64,000 nt of DNA from a virus: IMG/VR virus record IMGVR_UViG_3300010370_000027; one strand, 5' to 3'. Position numbers and translations under genes: made by a program. Position 1 is the stretch's first letter; every line of letters begins with the position of its first letter. Shown in pieces: positions 37,472 to 44,759 of this stretch. Below the pieces are notes generated by a model, which searched no databases, had not been told where the DNA came from, and worked only from the letters and a program-made list of their open reading frames with translations.

Positions 37472-38875
37472 TCAAAGAATCTTAGATGCAAGTGTTGCCA
37501 GCTCACTTCTCTCTCCCTTCAAGAGGGTCACGTGCCCAGAAATATCATATTCTTTGAACTTCTCTACAGCGTGTGTGAGTCCGTTTGTGAATGTATCTAC
37601 GTGGTTATTGTCAATCTGCTCAACGTCACCAGTAAGGACAATCTTCGTTCCCTCCCCGGCTCTCGTTACAATAGTCTTGAGCTCATGCATCGAGAGGTTC
37701 TGAGCCTCGTCTATGATGATAAAAGCGTTAGGAATAGAACGACCACGGATGAAGGTAATGGCCTCGACCTCGATGAGTCCCTTAGACTGCATGAGCTCAA
37801 GGAACGGGTCTTTACTGAGACCTGAAACACCGCTTCCTCCCATGAGTTCATCTGACTTCTTTCTTCCTCGAGATTGTCCCTTCTTTCCTGACTTACTGCT
37901 TAGAAGGTACTCTAGATTGTCTCTAATGGGAGCAATCCAGGGTTCCATCTTTTCTGCAAGAGTACCTGGAAGGAATCCAATGTCTCTACCTACAGGTTGG
38001 ACGGGGCGTGAAACAATCAGTTTCTGATATGGTCCATCATTTCCCATTGCTTCGAGCTGCTCTAATCCGGCGGCAATAGCAAGAAGAGTCTTGCCGCAGC
38101 CAGCCTTTCCCGTAAGAGTCAAAAGCTTGATGCTAGGGTCCATCAGAAGCTCAATAGAGAATGTTTGCTCTTTGTTACGTGGTTTTACCCCAAAGACTTG
38201 ATCTATTTTTCTGCAGTGGTGGAGCATATCTCCCTTAACACGACAGATTGCAGACTTAAGGGTATTTCCTTCTGAATCTACAGACTTGATCACGAGAATC
38301 TGGTTGGGGTACAACTTTTCTGAGGTTACGTTGTCTACGTGTATCGAATCTCTCGCGTAAAACATTTCCACTACTTCGTAGGGAACGACAAACACCTTGA
38401 CTCCCGTGTAGAGATGCTCGGCTGAATCCGTAGCCCTGTTAGACAGATAATCCTGTGCCTCGATGCCAAGAGAAGAACACTTAACTCTAACGTTAATGTC
38501 CTTCGAAACCAGCACTGCATCAGGATGATCTTTTTTCATCATCAGAACGAATCCGATGATCATGTTATCAACAGAAGAACCAAGAACGAGCTCCGGCGGG
38601 AGAAGAGCGCTGTATCCCGTAGGCGAAGACATTACTCTAAGTGTTCCTCCGCACGGGAGAGAGACACCGTCTCTTAGAGATCCTGATTCGCTTATCTTGT
38701 CGAGAATTCTGTTTACTTCTCGAGCAGCTCTTCCGACCTCGTCAGACCTTCCCTTATGTTTATCCAGCTCTTCAAGAACAAGGATAGGAATTATTAAATC
38801 ATTGTCTTGAAAGTTATTGAAGCAGTTTGGATCGCTTAGGAGGACGTTGGTGTCTAGGATGTAAGTTTTTTTCAT
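37472..38875 (-). CDS. phoH: PIN-domain PhoH-family ATPase (PhoH2/YlaK type)
   Basis: PIN motifs YILDTNVLL, ELDKHK, VSKDIN. Walker A GKAGCGKT, IGFLPG, FIRGRS, IIDEAQN, LTGDVEQID. Confidence 0.93.
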   Translation of the reverse strand: MKKTYILDTNVLLSDPNCFNNFQDNDLIIPILVLEELDKHKGRSDEVGRAAREVNRILDKISESGSLRDGVSLPCGGTLRVMSSPTGYSALLPPELVLGSSVDNMIIGFVLMMKKDHPDAVLVSKDINVRVKCSSLGIEAQDYLSNRATDSAEHLYTGVKVFVVPYEVVEMFYARDSIHVDNVTSEKLYPNQILVIKSVDSEGNTLKSAICRVKGDMLHHCRKIDQVFGVKPRNKEQTFSIELLMDPSIKLLTLTGKAGCGKTLLAIAAGLEQLEAMGNDGPYQKLIVSRPVQPVGRDIGFLPGTLAEKMEPWIAPIRDNLEYLLSSKSGKKGQSRGRKKSDELMGGSGVSGLSKDPFLELMQSKGLIEVEAITFIRGRSIPNAFIIIDEAQNLSMHELKTIVTRAGEGTKIVLTGDVEQIDNNHVDTFTNGLTHAVEKFKEYDISGHVTLLKGERSELATLASKIL

Positions 38876-38936
38876 GTGATTTAGAAGTTGACTTATACAA
38901 AAATCATTCCTTACTAAAATATCTTACACAAGATCC

Positions 38937-39206
38937 ATGAGTAACAATCAACAAAAAATAAAGTTAAATGTGTTGCAAGATAATAAGTGCTACGAAGCAG
39001 TTGAAAAAAGCACATGTGCATGTGAAAGAAAGTCATGCAAACAGTGGATCGATTTCCCGCAAGGTAAAAATTGCACACTAATAACGACTCAAGCCGGACC
39101 TTTAACCCTAAGTGAAATAGGAAAGATCTACGGCCTGACGAGAATGCGTATTTGCCAGATAGAAAAGAACATCTATCAGAAGATTAGAAGTTTTATTCAG
39201 TGCTAA
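38937..39206 (+). CDS. Cys-rich protein with stand-alone sigma70 region-4-like HTH
   Basis: LTLSEIGKIYGLTRMRICQIE resembles RpoD region 4.2 (TLEEVG..F.VTRERIRQIE). N-terminal C..CAC..C..W..NC cluster. Confidence 0.8.
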   Translation: MSNNQQKIKLNVLQDNKCYEAVEKSTCACERKSCKQWIDFPQGKNCTLITTQAGPLTLSEIGKIYGLTRMRICQIEKNIYQKIRSFIQC

Positions 39207-39490
39207 CTGATTGGATCTTCTTCTTTTTTCTTCTTTGGGAAAGGCTTCTTCTTGCTGGAAGAAGTCTTCTCTTCAGATGCCAAAGGAGTTGTTTCAGTGT
39301 TTTCTTCTAGAGATTCAGGAATACTCTTTGCTGTCTCAGAAAGAATAAAATCTTCACTTGTCTTAACTGGGACATTTTCAGACTTTTCAGAAAGAAAGGC
39401 GGCAGGTTTTTCCACCGCCTTTCTTTTCTTTTTAGAATCCTCTCGAAGTTTTTTTGCTACAACTCTTCGAAGTAATTCAACATGTCTCAT
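39203..39490 (-). CDS. Lys/Glu/Ser-rich hypothetical protein
   Basis: ATG 39490 lies 1 nt after the stop of the Hc1-like gene. Confidence 0.6.
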   Translation of the reverse strand: MRHVELLRRVVAKKLREDSKKKRKAVEKPAAFLSEKSENVPVKTSEDFILSETAKSIPESLEENTETTPLASEEKTSSSKKKPFPKKKKEEDPIS

Positions 39491-39491
39491 G

Positions 39492-39695
39492 TCACTTCTC
39501 TTGCTTCTCTGACTTTTCAGTTTCAAGTGTAAGCTTGACAAGTTCCTTAGACTTTGCCTGAAGCAATCGAAGTCCCTTGCGAGCTCTCACGCCCGCGGCT
39601 GCAACGCCCTTTGCGTTCTTAGCAACATCAGCCTCGAGGCTCTCCACGAGGGTCTTCAATTCATTCCACTTCGCTACGATTGGGTTATCACTCAT
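39492..39695 (-). CDS. Histone H1-like (Hc1 N-terminal-like) protein
   Basis: ADVAKNAKGVAAAGVRARKGL resembles the Hc1-family K...G.KAA..R.R motif. AGGAGG upstream. Confidence 0.7.
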   Translation of the reverse strand: MSDNPIVAKWNELKTLVESLEADVAKNAKGVAAAGVRARKGLRLLQAKSKELVKLTLETEKSEKQEK

Positions 39696-39749
39696 TGGTT
39701 AATGTGACCTCCTGATTCAGGAATATATGGTGGCAAATAAAAAAGTAAA

Positions 39750-41399
39750 CTACTTGACGAAGGATGACCTAAATTCCTGCGGGAACATGTGAAGATTGCG
39801 AGAATAGAATCGATCCCAGTCCGCGTCTAGAATGTAGGAAACCGCATGATCTTTCTCGTTTCGGATGGATCGACCGAAAGCCTGGATTACTGACTTCGCT
39901 GTGGTGTATGGGTACCACATTTTGTCTTTCTCCATTCGCTTCTTGATCACGAGGTCACCGAGGTATGGGAAGGGAACCTTGCACAGTATCTGAAACCGCG
40001 AGGCATCATCAGCGAGGTCGACGCCTTCCATCATCGAGGGAGACAGGAGTACAGTGGGTTCTGAAGAGTTCACGTGGAACTTAAGAATCTCATCGCGGTT
40101 GGCGGACTCGTGGGTGAGGAAACGATTTGTCTTCACGTTCTCCACGAGGTACTTCGCCACCTTGTAGTTCGCGGTGTGAATGATTCCCTTCTCATTCGGA
40201 TGTTTATCGAGGATCATCTTGACCGCCTCCGCCATGACCGGTAGGGTCTTGTCGATTGAATCCTTTCCCATTGATCCTACGGGGATGTAGTGGGCAGGTC
40301 TGTTCTCCACTGGGAAGGGTGATCCTATGCGGAGGTAGGCCACTTCTGCAGGATCCAGTCCAATCGACTTACAGAATACTTCGTGGTCCACCACAGTGGC
40401 ACTCATCATCAGGGTGCGGGCACCGGACTTGAGGAATACCTTCTGAGAGTACGGTCCTAGATCTACAGGCTTGAACTCGAACTTTCGAGCGCCTCTCCGG
40501 TTACCCTCCTGAGGATAAGCCACGTTCATGACCCAGTTAGTAGGGTTATACACCTCGATGAACTGATCGATCTTTCCCGTGTGTTTCTCCAGCATCTCGT
40601 ACTGTTTAGAGAACTCGTTGTGGCCCTCAGAATCAGAAAGTTTCACGAGGTTCTTCTCAAGTTCACGAACGTACTTGTTTACTGCCTTGCGATAAGGTCC
40701 CTTCACCCATTCGAGGACGGCCTCTTGAGTATCTAGCTTGGGAATCTTACACTTGAGGATGTCACGAGCAAACTTCTCAGAGAAACTCACCTCGATGAAT
40801 TTACCCAGTTCCGTTTCTGTGTTGTGGCACTCATCCACCACTAGGAGAGATCTAGGAGTCAACTTTCCGGCGTACGTGGTCTCCGCCAGAAAATAAGAGA
40901 AATTCGTGATGGAGATGGGACACTCGATAAAGTCCTGTTTTTCTAGGGAGTACGTGCACTCGTTCTTGCAGGTCTTCGCGAAGTCGGTTCCGGCAACCTG
41001 CTTGCCGAGCTTCTGTAGCAGGCGCTTAGACTCAGCGCAGGAGTTATCAGAGTAGTGCTTACACCGGTAGTTGGAGGAGGACTTGATGGTCCTGATGAGG
41101 TTCCTCCCTGACTGTGGCCCGAAGTCGTCCATGTACTGTTCCTGGAGTATCTTCTGTGTAGTGATCACGTAGGCTCCGGTGAGGGGCATTCCCTCCTCGT
41201 CCTTAACCACGGGAGCGTGGGCCTCCATGTAACGGGCAATACAGATACCGGTGGCAGATTTGCCCGTGCCGGTTCCCATCTCTAGTAGAACTGCTTTCTT
41301 ACCCGACTCGTATGCATCGAGTGCGAACTCAATCGCCTTGCGTTGTTCAGGACGGATCCTGTCAAATGGAAAATACCTCACGTAGTCATGTTTAGGCAT
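39750..41399 (-). CDS. DinG/Rad3-family SF2 helicase with probable Fe-S cysteines
   Basis: Q motif RPEQ, GTGTGKS, four Cys, VVDECH, MSAT, EGVD, KVPFP, QAFGRSIR..D. Extended -10 TGGTATAAT upstream. Confidence 0.92.
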   Translation of the reverse strand: MPKHDYVRYFPFDRIRPEQRKAIEFALDAYESGKKAVLLEMGTGTGKSATGICIARYMEAHAPVVKDEEGMPLTGAYVITTQKILQEQYMDDFGPQSGRNLIRTIKSSSNYRCKHYSDNSCAESKRLLQKLGKQVAGTDFAKTCKNECTYSLEKQDFIECPISITNFSYFLAETTYAGKLTPRSLLVVDECHNTETELGKFIEVSFSEKFARDILKCKIPKLDTQEAVLEWVKGPYRKAVNKYVRELEKNLVKLSDSEGHNEFSKQYEMLEKHTGKIDQFIEVYNPTNWVMNVAYPQEGNRRGARKFEFKPVDLGPYSQKVFLKSGARTLMMSATVVDHEVFCKSIGLDPAEVAYLRIGSPFPVENRPAHYIPVGSMGKDSIDKTLPVMAEAVKMILDKHPNEKGIIHTANYKVAKYLVENVKTNRFLTHESANRDEILKFHVNSSEPTVLLSPSMMEGVDLADDASRFQILCKVPFPYLGDLVIKKRMEKDKMWYPYTTAKSVIQAFGRSIRNEKDHAVSYILDADWDRFYSRNLHMFPQEFRSSFVK

Positions 41400-41442
41400 G
41401 TTGGCCCAACATTATACCACGTGAGGCATACTTTGCATTATA

Positions 41443-42039
41443 TCAGTCACCAATGATCTTGTCGACAATACCAAGCTTAACAGCTTGGTCCGGAAGGAGG
41501 TAGAAGTCATGTCCAGACTTCATGATCTTTTCGATCTCAGTCTTTGAAGCCTTTGTTTCACGAACAATTGCATCAACCATCTGGTCCTGCATGCGCTTGT
41601 GCTCCTTAGACTCGTTAATGACCTCGAATACGTTACCTCCGACTCCTCCGGAGATGGGATGGATCATCACACGAGCATTACGTCCAATCATCCTCTTACC
41701 CTTAGCTCCAGTGGCGAGAAGTAGAACTCCTGCACTCATAACTTTGCCAAGAGCAATGGTATGGACTGGGCACGGGAGAAACTTAATAGTGTCATAGAGA
41801 GTAAACATCTCGTCCACTGATCCGCCGTACGTAGAGATAACTAGATGGATAGGCTTATGGTTTTGAGATGCTAAATGGAGTAACTGAGCTACCACGAGTG
41901 AGATCGATGCCTCATTGACATCTCCGTGGAGAACAACGAGGCGCTGCGAGTCTCCCATTGCTATCCCCATCGTAGTAGAGGACTCTTCGCTGTTATTCTT
42001 AGAAATTTTTGCTGAATTTGTTACAGATCTTCCCATCAC
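41443..42039 (-). CDS. clpP: ATP-dependent Clp protease proteolytic subunit
   Basis: ISTYGGSV. Catalytic Ser in GKVMSAG, His in VMIHP and Asp in HDFYL. Ends ..A..LGIVDKI. Confidence 0.93.
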   Translation of the reverse strand: MMGRSVTNSAKISKNNSEESSTTMGIAMGDSQRLVVLHGDVNEASISLVVAQLLHLASQNHKPIHLVISTYGGSVDEMFTLYDTIKFLPCPVHTIALGKVMSAGVLLLATGAKGKRMIGRNARVMIHPISGGVGGNVFEVINESKEHKRMQDQMVDAIVRETKASKTEIEKIMKSGHDFYLLPDQAVKLGIVDKIIGD

Positions 42040-42284
42040 TCGTCTCCTTCGCTTGCGCCGTAGATTCTGGAGATGAAAAGGTCTTTACCCTTAGTCTCCT
42101 TGACATAGCCTGTTAGTTCTTTCATTTCGTCCACGTTCTCTAGTTCAAGAGCCAAGTAGTAAATCACTAGCCATCTCTGGCGATCGTTTATGCCAAATTG
42201 GTTTATCTCTCTAACGATTTCGTGTGCTACTTTATTGTCAGCTGCGAGTTTTTCAGACTCGAGTTGTCCATATATTTCTGACAT
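42036..42284 (-). CDS. Hypothetical protein
   Basis: GGAG SD and ATGA overlap with clpP. Confidence 0.75.
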   Translation of the reverse strand: MSEIYGQLESEKLAADNKVAHEIVREINQFGINDRQRWLVIYYLALELENVDEMKELTGYVKETKGKDLFISRIYGASEGDE

Positions 42285-42286
42285 GC

Positions 42287-42760
42287 TTACTCCGATGGAA
42301 CTGCTACTTCTTCTCGGGAAAATGACTCCACCTTGAAGAAGGTCTCACTCATGATCCTAACATACTTTCCTTGCTTTGTACCAGACTCTTCTTCTTGAGC
42401 TAGGATAACAAAGTTTCCCCATTCTTTATTTTCAAGTATAAACTGAGCAGATTCCCAGGTCGCAATATCAACATTATTTCTCTCTAGTATGTCTGCAAGG
42501 TTAGCAGGCAGAGAGAGTTTAATGTCTTCTATTTTAACGATGGATCCCATCGCTTCTTTTCCAGAAAGTATCTCAGAGGTACAAATGTCAATTACTTTGT
42601 GAATTATTCCACAGTTATTGCACTGAGAGTATTTAGGCTTGACAGAGTTATCATCAGAAATAACTGAAAATACGACAAATTGATGGGCAGGAGGATTTAC
42701 AACCCCTTTAAATTGGGGGAGTACACACCTGCACTTGACAAGATGTCTTTGTCCTCTCAT
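42287..42760 (-). CDS. Hypothetical Zn-binding protein
   Basis: CRC, CNNC..H and C motifs. TGATG coupling with the upstream gene. Confidence 0.75.
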   Translation of the reverse strand: MRGQRHLVKCRCVLPQFKGVVNPPAHQFVVFSVISDDNSVKPKYSQCNNCGIIHKVIDICTSEILSGKEAMGSIVKIEDIKLSLPANLADILERNNVDIATWESAQFILENKEWGNFVILAQEEESGTKQGKYVRIMSETFFKVESFSREEVAVPSE

Positions 42761-42978
42761 CAGAGATGCTTCTTGATAGTATTCTGATAGTAAGGAAGCG
42801 CCTTTTGGTATCCTTCATCAAGAGAAATATTTATAAGATTCAATAGCTTTTCAACCTGAGCAGGCTCTAAGTTGATCTCTTTATTTGCTACCAAAGAAAC
42901 CAAATTTGAGTTAATTGAATCCTTGGCGCTCTCGATAAGAATCTTTGAATCTTTTGAAATTTTATCAATGCTGTTCAT
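42760..42978 (-). CDS. Hypothetical protein
   Basis: Likely ATG 42978, preceded 6 nt earlier by TGTG-TATAAA. The ORF track starts at TTG 42993. Confidence 0.6.
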   Translation of the reverse strand: MNSIDKISKDSKILIESAKDSINSNLVSLVANKEINLEPAQVEKLLNLINISLDEGYQKALPYYQNTIKKHL

Positions 42979-43002
42979 GATTTTTTTATACACAAGTAAG
43001 GT

Positions 43003-44136
43003 CTAAAGTAAAAGTTTTGCAGAATTTTCAAAATTATCCTGAAAAGATCTGTAAAAAAATTTTGAAGTCTCGTAAGGATCATATGTGTTGTTCATGACAG
43101 AAGAAATTATCCTTATGCCTTCATCGATCTGGCTTGACCTAGAATAGTAATTGATGTCATCTGGTATGCAGATGTCTACACAAGAAGAGGAAAGAGATCT
43201 TACTCTTTTGTACAGAAGAGAAGATATCTCAGGTCTTTCCTCTGCTGTTTTTCTTAGATTCCTGACGTGATTTTTTATAGAGGCTGTGTGAAAGTTAGAT
43301 TTTGCTCTGACAGACAAATTTGAAAATGTACAGCTCTTCAATTCTCCGAGATCTTCTGGTTTGATTGTGGAGATTAGATTTCCTTTTGTAGTTGAAACTA
43401 CGTCGTTTCCTGACGCAATTGCAACATCTACAAGGGTATTCACACTTTCTACGTCAAACGGACTTCTATACGGAAAAACAGAGAGTGTCTTTCTATCGTT
43501 ATTTACCTTGATGGTATTTAGAACATCATTTGACATACCGCGAGATACCAAAAGGCATGTCCTTCCAGATTCAGAAAGATAGCTTAGCAGATGATGAATC
43601 TCAGAAATGCTTTCAATATAACCGTCTATGCAAGCAACTTTTACGTTGAAAGATTCTTGATTTTTAAGATTTAGCAAAGACGTTATGTCGAAATTGTAAC
43701 CCTCTGAAAGCTCAACGTAAGAGTTACTTGTTGAAGACTTCTTCAACAAAATTCTAGTATTAGATGAAGACAAGTTCATTGCCTCTTCCAATAAGTCGAC
43801 TACAACGTTCGAATAATTCCTATCTTTTAGAATTTTTATAACTGATTTTTTGTCTCTTGGTATTCTGTGGAGCGTTGGGTCTACAGAAAAACCACAAAAC
43901 ATCTTTAGAAATAAAGAACCGGAAAGCGGACACTTAGTTTCTGCTTGAAAAGCATAGCTCAAAAGACTGTCTAAGACAATTTTTGTAGATTTCTCTTTAG
44001 GATTTAGACAAGACAAGTGTTGAAAATTTCTTCTAGTTCGTATCTCTTTAGAGAGTAGATCTAAAGAAAGATTTACTTCTAAATTTTCTCTAACTATGTC
44101 TTTTACCTTCGACAAGGTTTCATCTTGAAGTAACAC
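43003..44136 (-). CDS. Degenerate GroEL/cpn60-like protein (apical domain recognisable, ATP motif absent)
   Basis: EGYNFD..IDGYIESISEIHHLL..LLVSRGMSNDVLNTIKVN..SPF..LVDVAIASG aligns by eye with the GroEL apical domain. No GDGTT motif. Promoter TTGACC-18-TAGAAT lies 6 nt before the GTG. Confidence 0.7.
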   Translation of the reverse strand: MLLQDETLSKVKDIVRENLEVNLSLDLLSKEIRTRRNFQHLSCLNPKEKSTKIVLDSLLSYAFQAETKCPLSGSLFLKMFCGFSVDPTLHRIPRDKKSVIKILKDRNYSNVVVDLLEEAMNLSSSNTRILLKKSSTSNSYVELSEGYNFDITSLLNLKNQESFNVKVACIDGYIESISEIHHLLSYLSESGRTCLLVSRGMSNDVLNTIKVNNDRKTLSVFPYRSPFDVESVNTLVDVAIASGNDVVSTTKGNLISTIKPEDLGELKSCTFSNLSVRAKSNFHTASIKNHVRNLRKTAEERPEISSLLYKRVRSLSSSCVDICIPDDINYYSRSSQIDEGIRIISSVMNNTYDPYETSKFFYRSFQDNFENSAKLLL

Positions 44137-44168
44137 ATCAAGATTCTAACAACTTATACTTGTTTTGG

Positions 44169-44690
44169 TCAATTAAATCTCTTTTGAGCCCAATCAAAAA
44201 TAAAAGTAACTAGAGCTCCTCCCACAGCAACAAAGAGCCAGCGAAGTATTGACCAGGCTGCTTCTTTGCTCTTTGAAAGAGAATTAACAGAGTTCTCAAG
44301 AACAGCAATTTTTTTAGTTGCAATTTCCACTGCTCTGTCATCTCTCATATCGTCTCTTTCAGAGTGAATCTTCCAGACTTGAAGTTCTGTTATTTTTTGT
44401 TTAACGTCGTTTACTTCATTCGTATTGTTAAGTCTGTACTCTGAGAGTTTAGAAAAAATACCATCCTGAGGATCATAGATTGCTTCGTGTATCTTGTCAA
44501 CCTTTGTAACCAGGTTACCTTGACTTTGTTCAATCTTGTCGATCTTAAATAAAAGAGTGTCAAATCCACCGTTCAGAGCTGCACTACTAGCAAGCTTTTT
44601 CTGAATCTCACTGAGAGTTTGCTTATGATTTGTAGAAGAACTGTTTGTAGATACAGGATTCTTCGCAGTTGATTTTTTCTTCATATACAT
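44169..44690 (-). CDS. Coiled-coil protein with a C-terminal transmembrane helix (possible lysis/holin-like)
   Basis: Hydrophobic segment WSILRWLFVAVGGALVTFIFDW. GGGGAG SD and CTATTTA motif upstream. Confidence 0.55.
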   Translation of the reverse strand: MYMKKKSTAKNPVSTNSSSTNHKQTLSEIQKKLASSAALNGGFDTLLFKIDKIEQSQGNLVTKVDKIHEAIYDPQDGIFSKLSEYRLNNTNEVNDVKQKITELQVWKIHSERDDMRDDRAVEIATKKIAVLENSVNSLSKSKEAAWSILRWLFVAVGGALVTFIFDWAQKRFN

Positions 44691-44759
44691 TTCTCCCTGG
44701 GACAGTAATTTCTATCTCTGTTAAATAGAAATAAATTTAGAAATTTGAGAAATGAAATT

